From Callorhinchus milii (taxonomy: Eukaryota): DNA of 64,000 nucleotides. Below, in pieces: positions 12,938 to 38,762 of this stretch. A program made the position numbers and the translations under genes. The number at the start of each line of letters is the position of its first letter. Position 1 is the first letter of the stretch. Location: NCBI RefSeq assembly GCF_018977255.1, contig NW_024704743.1, positions 93,560,001 to 93,624,000 of the forward strand. The letters run 5' to 3'. Under the pieces are notes generated by a model. That model was not told where the DNA came from. It did not search any database and was given only the letters and a program-made list of their open reading frames with translations.

Positions 12938-15065
12938 TACTGTATATTTGTTATACACATTCTTACAGCATCTGTGCTATCTTGCCTGCTTTTACATGGA
13001 AATGTCACACATATTTTGACTGAAGCTTTCAAACATTTCCATCAGACATGGTGAGTTTACAAGATAGTAAATATTTTACATTCTTTGAATAAACAGAGTT
13101 TGGGACTGAGCTGGTGCTTTGTTTACTCAGTAAATTTGACCTCCCCAACTTAAACTTCACTTATACTTCACTGTAATATTTATTTTAGCAAGGAGAATAT
13201 CTTTTAATTGGTTCTGAAAATGATTTAGTGTCAATGGTATCAGAATGGAATTGCTGCTTATTTAGCATTTTTAAATGTATCAACCTGTTTATGAATATAA
13301 ATAATTGTCACCAATATATTTCCTGACAGCTATTAACCAATCTTGAATGCAAGCCTAATTTGGAAAATTTTGAACATTCAATGAACAAATGAAGCAAGAG
13401 GTTATTAGTGATTACTGTACTTCCTTTGGAAATAAGTTGATATTTTATTAACATTTTAACTTCAAATTGTGTACTTTCACTTCATAATATCTATGGTACA
13501 TCAACAGGAGTGAATAATGCTTCAACAACAATAACAACTTGATTTCAAATGAGTTCAAAATCCTAACTTGAGGCTTGAACCCACAAGCTTTTGACTCAAG
13601 AGGTGAGAGTGTTACCAACTGAGCCAAGCTGACACCTGGCAATTATAAAGACTATACAGCCCCCAAGAGACCATTCAGCCCACCTAGTCTATGCCAGTCA
13701 TTATACTCCACACAAGCCTTCACCTCTCCTGATCCCCTCCCTCTATCCTCTCTCCCTCATGTATGTATTATCTTGCAGAAAAGTTTCAGAAAAAAATTAG
13801 TGATAAAGCCCAGCAGTTAGCTGTGGACTCAATTGTTATTGACTAAAGTACAGATGTAAAAATGACTCACGACCAGCAGGATTTAATATTGTGCGGTAAA
13901 TTATTCTAACAGTAAAGGTCCATAAGTTCAGCAGGCCAGCCCAAAGCAGCCATTTCATGTAAATGGAGCTCAGGTGCTGTTAGATGATACTAATCTCCAT
14001 TACCAGTTTTTAGCCTTTCTCCAATCTATTTTGCTTGTGTTTTGTTTTGGTAATTATGTACCAGTTTATTTTTTTCACCTTTCGTTTTCTTTTGTACCTT
14101 AATTTGAAATTGTTACTCTTTATTTCTAAACCTTTTCGACCTTTTTCCATCTTCTTCTTTAGCTGTTCTCACTTCCACTTCTGGTCCTTCCTTTCATTTG
14201 TTCCCAATTTTCAGATCAGCTTTTGGTGTCACTATTAGCCCCTGTCATATGATTGGGTGTATATCCTTTTATAATTGGGTGCCTTGGTTTTGCCTCTTTT
14301 TCCATTCCTTAGCTTTATTTTGGTCCTTCTTTGTGTTGTTTTGCTTTCCTTCAATTGCCAAGTTTGTTTGATGCTCTCTGTTTCATCACCAGAAGTTGCT
14401 TTCACTCAATAATCTCTCAGCTCTGCTTTGTTCTCTTGGTATTGATGAAACATCAACAATGTGGTTTGGTGGTATCTCTATTTTTTGACACCTCACAGCT
14501 CATGTTAGCGATTCTGTGAGATCAATTTTGGTTGCCAAAGAGCTATTTTAATTAAGATGTCTTGTTGAGCTGATTTTCTGCTGCATTGCACACTCTTTCA
14601 GATAGAAAAAATAATTGGCTGCTTACATCCAACAGTAAAGAAACAGGAGAACAGATGGGAATAATACTTTTTTTTATATCCTTCTCTTAGCTGTGACAAT
14701 TTCAGTACATCAAATGAATTTGATGCAATACATTTAGTTGTTATTCCTCTCTGACCTTCAGCTCAGCTCTGAAGGCAAAACTGCAATAATAATTACATTG
14801 GCAGTACCTTTCATGGACTTAGCAAATTTATTTAGTGAGCAGCTAAACCATACACAATGGGAATATCCCAAGTATGTTCCCTAGAAACCATGTACTGAGT
14901 TATCTGATCTCAGTATGCTGGGTTAGGATTGCTAAGGCTGTGCCTACAGGAGGTGCATATGAGACATGAGTAAGAGCTGAGGTTGGAAAGGATGAGGAGA
15001 CAGGCATGGTTCCACCTGCAGGCAAACAACCTGCTGATTCTCATCATCATTGATTCACACGTAAA

Positions 15066-15400
15066 CGGAGTCCTTTAGTTCAGTGGTTAGAGCACTCACC
15101 TCGCAAATGAGAAACCTGGGTTTGAGTTTCCTTAATCCACATGCCTCTGTTTACCTAGCAATAAGTAGGAACCCCGTTGTCAGTTGATTGGTGGATCGCT
15201 TTTCCGGGGGTAATAATTCCTTTAAAAAATGGTCACTCAATCCATGACTGTTTGTGGGACACTGCTGTGTGCAATGGGCTGTCTCGTTGCACCCATAAAA
15301 TGTACAGTCAATTCACTTTACAGTATATTCTGTGAAGCCTTTGAGACGTCTTGTAGACATGATAAGGTGCTATATCAAATGCAAGGATTATTATTATTAT
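15066..15400 (+). mobile_element. tRNA-derived Deu SINE, older subfamily
   Basis: Head GGAGTCCTTTAGTTCAGTGGTTAGAGCAC, internal segment, Deu core and tail. Confidence 0.85.
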
Positions 15401-15569
15401 AAATAATGAATACCTAGCTAAAATACCAAAGGGCTTCATCCCATTCAGCAACTGTTAAATCTGCAAGCCAAAGCTTTAATCTTAGGGTAGTCCTAGCTGG
15501 ATAGGTAATCAGAAGCTTGGAGACAATGTTGTAAATGTAAGTTGTGTGGTTTTAGCTGGTTAAATACAC

Positions 15570-15960
15570 TCTGGGGCTCTGAAGCCTTGGCTTTGTCAAC
15601 CTGCACCTAAAGTATCCAGGATCAGGTAAGAAGGTGTGTCGTTCTGGGGAAAGTGCACTTTGCATATAGTGCCTTGCATTTATCAGTATTAAACTTGATT
15701 GACAGGTTATCAGCCAATGTACATGATCTATCAAGCTCCCTTTGTGGATTTGCTGCCTTCTCTGATTCCACAGTTCCTGCCAACTTGGTTTCATCTGCAA
15801 ATGTATCTATCTTGCGAATCCAGATCATTAATATATATGGGGAACAGGAGGCACTCTGCTTAGTACCTCTCCCCATTTTGGCCGAGCTCCTCTAACAAGT
15901 ACCCTCTGCTTCCTTGCCTTCAACCAATTCTGAATCCACTTCCATGTCTTGCCCTTTATA
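15570..15960 (-). mobile_element. Degraded CR1 LINE RT fragment
   Basis: Minus-strand translation FADETKLAGTVESE...LQRELDR...IKFNTDKCKAL is typical of CR1 ORF2. Confidence 0.75.
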
Positions 15961-18109
15961 CCCAGTAACCACAGTATATAGTGCCTTAAAATTGAAGAGA
16001 CAAACAAGCTTACATTTATTTCAGCTGCACTAACTATAATTTCTTTGAAAGCTTCAGATGTGTTTCTTGTAGAAAATTAAAGTTGATTATACTTAGAAAA
16101 AGCAAGGCTTTTTGAATATTATATATTATTGTATCATATTCAATACTATAGCATATTCTTTCTAGGTCTTCAAGGCAGGAAGGTTTGAGCAGTGGAGACT
16201 GTGATTTCTTAAGGAGGGAATGACGGTCTCGGTCTCTGGTGATGAGGTTCTGAAGGAGTCAGATATCTAGATGACCACAACTTGCATTTATATAGCACCC
16301 TTCATGCAGGGTAATGTCCTGGAGTGCTTGTTCCCTCTTAATTGGGAAACTTCTGTATGAGAAATAAATGGACAGTGAAACATTCTCACAAATTGAGTTA
16401 CTAGAATGATACTTTTATCTCAGTATATTTGTGAGTATCAATCTGCATTGTAAACATTGTAGTCGATGACTTTGTCCCTCAAACCCTCCCCATCAAAGTG
16501 TCACACTTCATATTTTGGAAAATAGGTTAATAGTATTGTTTGCATTTGACATAGCATCCTTATCATCCCAATCATCTCAAAGCACTTCCGAGTTTTTCTG
16601 TAAAGTCTAGTGACTGTGTAGTTCTAGTCGATCACCATCACTGAGGGAGAAAATGCTAGACCAAGAGACATTTGATCATACTTGCTGTGAACCCAATGTG
16701 CCACAGGATCTTTAATGGACATCTGAATAGATGGGTCCTCGGTTCTATGTCTCATCCACAGGACGGCATCTCTGATAATACAGAGCTCCCACACCACTGC
16801 ACTGAAGTGTCAGTTTAGAGTGTGAGTTCAAAGACCCAATGTGAGGCCTCAAACCCACAACTTTTTAACTCAGAGGTGAGAACACTGGTCACTGAGCCCT
16901 GCTGCTGGCTGCTGCTGTTCGCCTACAGAATATACAATCATTACATTTTACAAGAAAATCCTGTGAAACGCTTTGCTGTTGCTGCTGCTATTGTTTGTCT
17001 GCAACGGATTTACAGATTCAATTAATAAGTCTTTGTGCAGTTACAGGTGCAGTCCACCGGAGGACAGTAAATAGTCATTCTGCAGTTAGACTTTCACAGT
17101 GAGAGGGCTTCCCACAGCACATTCACCTGAGCTGGGGGTGAGAGCAAAGCAGGAGTAGGGAGGGGCAAGAAGACTGAAAGCATGGTCAAAAATTAGTAGG
17201 AGGGAGAGAGTGGAGCAATGGGGGAGAGAGTGAGGGGGACAGCAGTGAGGGAAGAGGAAGAGAGAGAAAGTGGGGGGCAGGCCTGTTAATTGAACGATCT
17301 GTGGACTGTTGACCTAATTGCCAGGTGATGAGGTGGTTGAAGCCAGTCGGGTAGATCAGCGAGAAGCACTCTCACCCCAGAATGTGTGTGTGTGTAGAGA
17401 GAAGAGACGGCAATGGCATTGAGAGGGGAAAACAGTCAGGGGACATCGGTGGTCATTGATTCACAATCCTGATAACTCTGGGTATCTTCACTTTGGGAAG
17501 GATTTGTTTGAAGGATGGAGGAACAGAATCGCTCATTTTAACTCTAAAAGTGGCCTCGTTGCTGTCTGGCCCACTGCAACTCACAGTGAGATCAATGAAT
17601 GTGTTTAGGATAGAAGCTGGGTGAGAACTTCCCTTTTCAATAGGCCAACGGCAAGCGCTGAGGGTCTGCGTGACCCCATATGGCTCAGTTGCTAGGACTC
17701 TTGCCTCTGCGTCAGAAGTTTGTGGGTTCACAAAAGGAAATTTCAGGTCACAGTCAAAGCTGACCCTTCAACGCAACGCAGGGGACGAGGGCTACACTGT
17801 ACTGCACGAGTGCCACCCTTCAAATGAGACGGCACAGGGTTAGGGGTGGGGGTGGAGTTTGGCAGTGGGACAGTGGGGATGGGAAGGGGCGGTGGTGATG
17901 GTTGAGGGTGGTAGGGGGTGATGGTGAAGGGGACAGTGACAGTGGTGTTGACTGTACGGGTTGTTCTGTGCTGTAGCAGTTTGTTGGTGGGAATGAGCAG
18001 TCAGCATTTTGCTCACTTTTTTTTTGGTCAGCTGGGTGTCTGACACATGCGGAAACCTGTCACCATGCTTAAAAATATCCAAACCAAACTGAGAGTTCCA
18101 CAAAACAAC

Positions 18110-18460
18110 GCACTCCCAAGGCGTTGGACAGTCAAGGATTTGCACCCGTGCTGGGGTTTGGAATAAGGAGGGCAGAAAGGGTGACCAAAGGCGCAGTCGA
18201 AGAGAAGTGTCTTGAGATGTGCCTTGAAGGAAGCAAGGGAGGGGGTGAGGCATAGGGACTGGGATGGAGTTCTGAAGGGTGGGGGCGGAAAGGCTGAAGG
18301 CCCGACCTTCGATGGTGGGAGCTGGCACGCCGGGTGACACAGAGCCGGCCAGAGCCCACCGAGCAGAGGGAGTGGACAGCTCGGTATGGGGTTAATAGGT
18401 CACTGTTGCTGAGGGATATGCTGAAGCTCGGTTTAGCCACAGAAAAGGTCACGTGGGGTC
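18110..18460 (-). mobile_element. L2 LINE 3' fragment
   Basis: Translation PTIEGRAFSLSAPTLQNSIP...; matches the L2 C-terminus and 3' UTR elsewhere in the window. Confidence 0.75.
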
Positions 18461-19303
18461 TGACCCCAGCCAGACTCACTCCAGCGCGAAACAGGCACAC
18501 ATCAACTTCACATTCCCACCTTCCAGGGTGTCTGGTCTGGAGGAAGGTATCAGGGGGATCTTAACCTGCAATACAAGAGTGTCAACAACAACAACAACTT
18601 GGACTTATACAGCGCCCTTCATTCTGGACGGCGTCTCAGAGAGCTTACATACAAGAGTGTCCTCAAGCAATATATGGAGACTAGGTCCACCATGTGACTG
18701 TATCCTGTACATAAAGGGCAGCAGAAGCCCCAGACGGCCCGCCTTGGTGTCTCTATACAGAGATATTGTATTAGATATTTGTGGTTAAAAAAAATCAGAA
18801 TGTCCATTATAACTGCATACTTAAAGCCATTGTATCAATGACTGGTTGATAACATTTTGTCACATCAGTGGCAAAAATATTAAAATTTGCAGTGTTGTAT
18901 CACTGGAAAATATAAAAATGATTTAATATTCCATATTTAATTTGCTGCCCTAAATTCATCTGAATTCCTGCTCCTTTGGCTCTATTCTTGCAATGACCTT
19001 ACTTCCTTCATCACTCTTCTTCATAACTTCTTTTTAATATCCTCGACACCTTTGCTCCATTACCTCCCACACTACCTCCTACACTCACCAGTCCCTTTGG
19101 TACATGGGGCAGTGCCCGGTATCAGAGTCCAGGGGCTGGGCTGGGCACAGTGCGGGGTCTCAAGGTTTTTGTCATAGATCACAAATGCGTGCTGCTGAAC
19201 ACTGGCTTAAGTCCAGATCTGTCTGGACTGCACCAAAGCCTACTGCTCCACCTCAGCCAAATCGGTTTTGGGGACGCGAGCTTGATTACCGAGCCGGGTA
19301 AAA

Positions 19304-19755
19304 CATTAGGCAAGTTTCCTTACTCCACACGTCTCTGTTCACCTAGCAGTAGGAACCCGGTTGATAGTCGATTGACGGATCGATTTCTGGGATAATAATT
19401 CCCTCAACAACAACAAAATAATAATTTGGTCACTCAATCCACAAATTTAAATGTGGCGGTCAATTGCGCACAGCAGTGTCCCACAAACAGTTGTGGGTTT
19501 AGTGACCACAAGTTTTGCCCACAAATATACAGTCAATGCACTTTACAGTATATTCTGTGAAGCACTTTGAGACGTCTAGAAGATGTGAAAAGCGCTATAT
19601 CAAATGCAAGGATTATTTTTATAACTGTTTGTGGGACACTGCTGTGCTGCCATGTTTGACCCCAAAAATATATGTAAATTCACTTTACAGTATATTTTGT
19701 GAGGCACTTTGAGACGTCTCAATGACGTGATAAGGCGCTGTATCAAATGCAAGGG
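19304..19755 (+). mobile_element. Rearranged Deu SINE (internal inversion) followed by a second SINE 3' half
   Basis: Forward SINE body, inverted core at about 19455-19508, forward tail, then a tandem core and tail. Confidence 0.75.
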
Positions 19756-20510
19756 ACTGTATCAAATGTAGCAGGGACTGACCCATAAACAGCCTTGAAA
19801 TGAGAAACTAATTTTATCTGGGGGATTATTGGCGTGGATATAAGGAAAACTTGCTTATCTTTTTCAATGATACCATGGGATCTTTAATGTCCACTTGAAA
19901 AAGCAGATAGGACCTCGGGTTAGCATTTCATCAAAATCAGCATTGCAATGCATTGCACATGCTATGCACACTGGAATGAAGTGTCAGCCTAAGCAATATG
20001 AATTCAACGTCCTGATGTAGGGTTTGAACCCACAACCTTATGACTTAGAGGTTGGACCAACTGCTAACTGAAATAGACTGATGTAGGTTTCTTATTTCAT
20101 AGGAAAGTATGTCCTTTTGAACATACGCACCATATATAGAGGGCATAAACCATGGTTTGCCATGCAGAACACATGTATAAAGATAACTGTGGAAGAAGTA
20201 AAAATCTAAAACATGGAGTTTTGCGATGAAATTCAGTACCAATACAATGTTTCTTTTGCAATTAACTTTCATTGTATATTTATACTCTAAGCTATAAATT
20301 CTTTATCATTGACATCATCTTGTTTACTTATTTTTTAGAAAATGACAAGATTATTCCAATACACTCTTGAAAACCCACATGAACGTTTCCCTTTGAAGTG
20401 AGAGAGGCACTTCCTCCCTTGAACATTAAACCTATCCTGAGAGAACTATTAAGAACCGGTAACTTCCACTTGCAAAGTAGTTCTGCTATTGCATTATCAC
20501 TGTCAACAGC

Positions 20511-33006
<12,496 letters not shown>

Positions 33007-33158
33007 AAGCCTTCAAAATAAGATTTTTTTGTATGTTTAAAGTGAAATTTAAATTGCTCTATTATGAGTTGGTTTTGTATAAATTTCGTATATAATGATT
33101 ATGATTTAACCTTGGATATGACAAGCTTTGTGTCACAAGGGACGTTTTAAAGTTAGTA

Positions 33159-33164
33159 AATAAA
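33159..33164 (+). terminator. Candidate polyadenylation signal of the kinase gene
   Basis: AATAAA about 150 nt after the stop codon in an AT-rich 3' UTR. Confidence 0.5.
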
Positions 33165-34179
33165 AGTTAGTACATGTGAAAAGAAGCAGATCTCTTTATT
33201 CAGTGCCACCAATCTACGAGATACTGTTAGTTTTCACATTAACTAAAATTAGACTATTGTCAGGGTTACCACTGAGGTATTGTGGGTTGAAGTAAATATT
33301 CAGAATTTAAAACTAATGATCATTTCGATGCTTTTTTTAAATGTGATTCAGTAATGTTTTATTTTGTACATTTATATCAAGATTTGGAACTCATATTCGA
33401 ATTATAAAGGCAAGATTTAAGCGAGGTTTACTGTGGTGCCATAATATCTTTAACACCTAGAACAGATAATATAACATCTCAACCAAATGCATCTCTGACA
33501 ATACAGCTGTGGCCCAGTACTATGTTGGAATGTCAGCCTAGTCAGTAACAAAGGGACATAGATATAAGATTGGTACAAGAAGAATGAAAGGGGAACTTAG
33601 GAGCATTTTTTGAGATGTTTGAGATTTATGAGAGGATTGTGTCTACGTCATTGCTTTCTGTTACACATTGCCATTGTACCTGCCACTAAAAAAAACAATG
33701 AATGTTGACAAGCTATTGAACTCTGGGTGGCATCACAGTTCAACCTGTTTTCATCCAAAGTCCTCACACACGCACCTTCTAGCAGGAATCATTAGATAGT
33801 GGCTTGGAGCAGAAACCTTGGTTGATCTTCCTCTAATTTTGGACCATTAACTCAAAACGTTGGTGTCTTTGAGGTTCACATTAGTTTATACTTCTTTCCC
33901 AAGTTTCAAATGATTTGTCAATGTATGTAGGGCAGAATACATAATCATGTGTTTTAAGCAGAAAATACATATTTTCATTTTTTTTCTCTCTCCAATTGGC
34001 CCCAAAAAAATTCTTGTGTCTGTGCTGGATCTGAATAAATCTGGATCATCAACAGAACCATTGAAAAACAGAGGAGTGTTGGAGCTACCATTGCAGAAAT
34101 TTCTGTCTGTTACTTGCAAAAGGTGGGGAACTTTCAATGGTTGTTTGCAGTGCTTAATACTGATTTTGTAACTCCATGT

Positions 34180-34500
34180 ATTATGATACACTGACACTCC
34201 AGTACAGTGCTGGGACAGTTGGAGGTGCTGTTTTTCAAATGAAAAATTAAACTGAGATCCCATCTACTGGATCAGTTGGATGTTAAAGATCCCGTGATAC
34301 TATTCAAAAAGAGAAGGTAGTTTCTACTCATTGTCCAAGGCAACAATTCTCCAAATAGAATTGGTCATTCTATTACAATGAATACTATTATAATATTATT
34401 ATGTTATAGATATTATCATAGATATTACAATATATATTATAATGGCTGTTTGTGGGACATTAGTGTGTGAAGATTTGCTGCCAATGTTTGCCTACAAATA
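34180..34500 (+). mobile_element. Ancient degenerate Deu/SacSINE-like element
   Basis: GATGTTAAAGATCCC..ACTATT.AAAAGAGA and the Deu core. Similar decayed copies lie at about 8340-8690, 19760-20050(-), 21380-21670(-), 22600-22865(-), 44255-44600, 55680-55980 and 60250-60650(-). Confidence 0.65.
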
Positions 34501-37500
34501 CAATAATACAATACGTAATTGCCAATTGCACACAGCAGTGTCCCATAAACAGTCGTGGATTCAGTGGATTTGTTTTTTAACCTCCCTTGGCAATCAGTGT
34601 AGCAACTTTAATGATGCTCTGCTATAAAGCTAAATATAGTCATTTACTTCAGACTGTTTGTGAGAGATTGCTGTGCACAAATTAGCTGCTGCATTTGCCT
34701 GTCAATGCACAGCCACTACACTTCATGGTAAAATCCTGTGAAGCACTTTCAGGCATGATAAGGCACATATCAAATGTTTATCAAGGGAAACAATATTAGG
34801 ATGAGGGATGTACCATTTGACATCTCGATGATGAGTTAAGGCACTATATCAAAGGAATTTTCCTGTTCTCTTCCCCTGTAGCATAAAGCTGTTCCTTAAA
34901 TGTGTCCATTGTCCTCAACCAGAAGGGAGAGATCAAATGAGTCCGAGCACCTACTTTGACCGTATCACTCTTGTGATCTTGATACACAGTGATATATATA
35001 GTCATATTAATGTATCAAGTGGTAAGAACACGGTTTACCTATGCACTTCCCCACACTTGAAGGTCTGAATCTGAACCGCATTGCCATTAGAGAACATTAG
35101 AGAACAGAAGGTCACTTAACCCATGCTGTACAGTTTTCAAATAGTGTCTTCAATATTCACAGCCAGTCAGGTCTTGGATTTAATATCTCATCTGAAGGAT
35201 GGCACCTCTAACAATGCATTGTTGATCTATTACCAAACTGAAGTGTCAGCCTAGCCTGTGAGCTCAGTCCCTACATAAAGCTTGAACCCAACACAACCTT
35301 TTCACCCAAAGGCTACAGAGACAGGCTATTAAAAAGTTAAGTAGAATTACTTGCCAGTTAGCAAAACTCTTCTAATGCACAGAAGTTCGCAATAAACAAA
35401 GCAAAACTCCACTTTTCTCACACTTTAATTAGGGAGAAAAGAATGCCAAATTGGCAGCATAAATCCAAATTGCTGACGTGCACATCTCTACCACAGTCAC
35501 TACCAGTTCAATACAGTGCCTGAACTATAATTGATCCATTATTCTAAAGACTTAATATTCTTATCTAAGACCAACCTTTATTTATTGACTGGCTCTGCTG
35601 TAATTATCACATGTGATAATTAACTCATTACGCATTGTAATTTTTACCATATGATATTGTTTCGGGATTTGAGGTAAGATTTATGACTTGTTTCACATTT
35701 TCGACTGAATTTTATTCTAGTTCAGACAGTATGCAAACTGATCCCTGTACAAAGGTTCAATAAGTCATCAACCATCTCTCAAACTTTGGAATCAGCAGTC
35801 AAAAATAACTTGTTTACAAATACTAGCTGACTGGGAACAAAGTTCTTATTACGTGTCCTTGTCCTTTATCTATATGCAGTACTATCATCATTTTGTTTGT
35901 TTACCACAAGTTAATGTTCTATCTCAACAACGGGTGCTGGTCTTTAGTACATTGCAGGGAGACAGAAAGAATCTCCGTTTGTTTAGCATTATTACATTGA
36001 AATATCATAGAGTGCTTGACAGCCACTGATGGCCAAGTTTGGGCAAATGTTATTGTACGCAAACATGACAGCCACACAGCAATGTTCCACAAACACCCAT
36101 CGGATGAATAACCAATTCATCTGGTGGATTGTTGACCAAGACATCAGCAGAAACTCCCTTTTCTTCTCAAATAGTACATGAGATCTTTAACATCCACTTG
36201 AACAGACAGACAGGACCTTCGTTTGGCAATTCATTTGCAATGCAGCAGTCATTGGAGGGACTGAGTGATTCAGTGAGTTAATACTATTTTTTCACCTCCG
36301 GAATCTGAGTTTGAACCAGCAGACTGTGTAGTCTCCTCAAATTTCTCCTCATTTTTCCAGCTGTAAAGTTACTTAGTAAAATCTATTTGGGTTTTCTTCC
36401 GAATCACACACACAAGGAAACTGCTCCTAATTTGTCACTATTTTGTAATCTCATGCAAAAAAGGTCACAAGGCAGTGTGAGAAATGGAAAATAGTGTGAG
36501 ATTCTACCCCACATAAAGGGCCCTGTACAAGTGCAAGGAGATCTCTACTACCATTTATGTTCCATTTATCCAGCTGGCTGTAAGCAAGAGAGGAGCGAAG
36601 CTAAAAATATCAGAGCATGGGCTTACTGCATGGTAAGAGGGTGCAACCTTCTGCCTGGAGATCCCAGGCCACATGGGTTTTATCCTGCAATCATGCTAAT
36701 GCTCTGGGCTGAGTTTTTTTTAGTGGTTAAAATAAGCCAGAACAGTTTGGTGCTCTGTTTTTAGCTTTATCTCATACAGTAAAACTCTTATCTTTATAAA
36801 TCGTATAAATGCTTAAGTCGTACATTCACACGAGTCCCATTCAATTTCTTATCAAAAACATTTAGATTTCGTTATTCTATTCATATCACTCACCTCCTAA
36901 CTCGTAATTCTACTCCCCTACCCTCCATTATTTCTGTGCTTACCAGAGGCCTTCTATTATGGGAAATGACTTGATAATCCAAGAAACTTAGTTTTAACCC
37001 TTCACCACATGTGCACTTATCAGCTGCAATGACGAACTACCACGTGCACATTTACCGGCTGTATTGAATTATGTATGCTTAGATTATTGATTGAATCAGA
37101 TTTTATACAATTTACACAGTTTGCCTGCAACTGTCGTGATGCGACTTAGGTGAGTTTTACAATCAAATAAATTAAGATATAGTAGTTTCTATCTGGCCTG
37201 GTATATTTTAATGCTGTGATGCTCAGCAGAACAGCAATTGTCAGTATATTTCAAAGGAAAGACAGAAATCCCAGTTTTTGTAACACTACTAAAAGCTTTA
37301 ATTAAACCATAAAATGTGGTTATAGGTTCAATAGCCAATTCATTCACAGTTGCTCTACAAAACTCAGCACATTTATATTTTTTCTTAAAAAGGAAATCGA
37401 TACAAATGGTAGCTACAGAAAGGATTATATTTAAAGTTTTACACTTTGAGCAGATTTTTGGATGTGAATAGAATCCAAAATGTAATCAGCTCACAGTCCC

Positions 37501-38144
37501 AGGACAAGTTCTTGGCAAGCAGCTCTTATAGAAGTTTCATTATCAGGGCCTGCATGGATCACACAGTTTAAACATAGCAAGATAAATATAACAACACCTA
37601 CTTGTAAAGAGCAAATAGACTAGGAATAGTGGCTTAGTTGGTAAGTCCAAACTTGTTATTGAACAAATAAGCAGTCAGATACCTTCAGCAGACTCAAACC
37701 TGATCTGACCTGAGTGTTCTCTGGTTCACAAATAGATGTTTTGCTATGATTTTGTTTGCATACTGCACTTGCTATTTAAAACTTGGAGAATCAGATCTTG
37801 CTAGTTGAGTTGGCTAACAGTCTCCAAACACTTAAGTTCCCTCTCATTCTGTAGTCTCATGAGTTACAATCTCGAAATAAATCCACAAAGGAAATTAATT
37901 TGACAAATGACCAGTTATAAAGTATGTAGAGAAACATAAACAACAGAAACCCACTTTATAACTGTTCATTTTTTCTCAAAGCTATAACTTCAGACTGGTA
38001 TTAAATTGGTGATAAAAATTGCCATTAGTCAGAATATTTACCATGAATGTCACCGTCATTGCTAGGCATTAAATTCCTGGCAAGAGGTAATGAATTTTCC
38101 CCAAAAATTATTGGTGACAGCCATCTTCATATGGCATGTAATTA

Positions 38145-38762
38145 GAACATAAGAATTGGGAGCAGGAGTAGGCCATTCAGCCCCTCGAGCCTGCCCCGCC
38201 ATTCAATAAGATCATGGCTGATCTTCAGACCTAACTCTAATTACCTGCCCTATCCCCATATCCCCTAATCCCTCTATTTTTAAAAAATCTATCAGTCTCA
38301 GCCTTGAAGATGTTCAAGGACTGAGCATCTACAGCCTTCTGGGGTAGTGAATTCCATAAATTTATTTTATTTAGTTTATTCAGCCTATCCTCATAGGTCA
38401 GTCCCCTCATTCCAGGAACCAACCTAATGAATCTACGCTGCACCCCCTCTAGGGCAAGTATGTCCTTTTTTAGATAAGTAGAACAAAACTGCACACAATA
38501 CTCTAGGTGCGGTCTCACCAAGGCCCTATACAGTTGCAGCAAGACTTCCCTACTCTTGTACTCTAAACCTTTTGCAATGAACGCTAACATGCCGTTCGCC
38601 TGCTTAGTTGCTTGCTGCACCTGCACACTAACTTTTTGAGCTGGTGTGGAAGGACACCCAAATCCCTCTGAACACTAACACTATCTAATCTCTCCCCCTC
38701 TAGAAAATAATCTGTTTTTCTATTTTTTCTACCTAGGTGAATAACTTCACATTTCCCCACAT
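38145..38762 (-). mobile_element. CR1 LINE 3' portion (shark-type)
   Basis: LQLYRALVRPHLEYCVQF...LEGVQRRF..LVPGMRGLTYEDRL; 3' tail AGAACATAAGAA..GGAGCAGGAGTAGGCCATTCAGCCCCTCGAGCC. Confidence 0.92.
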
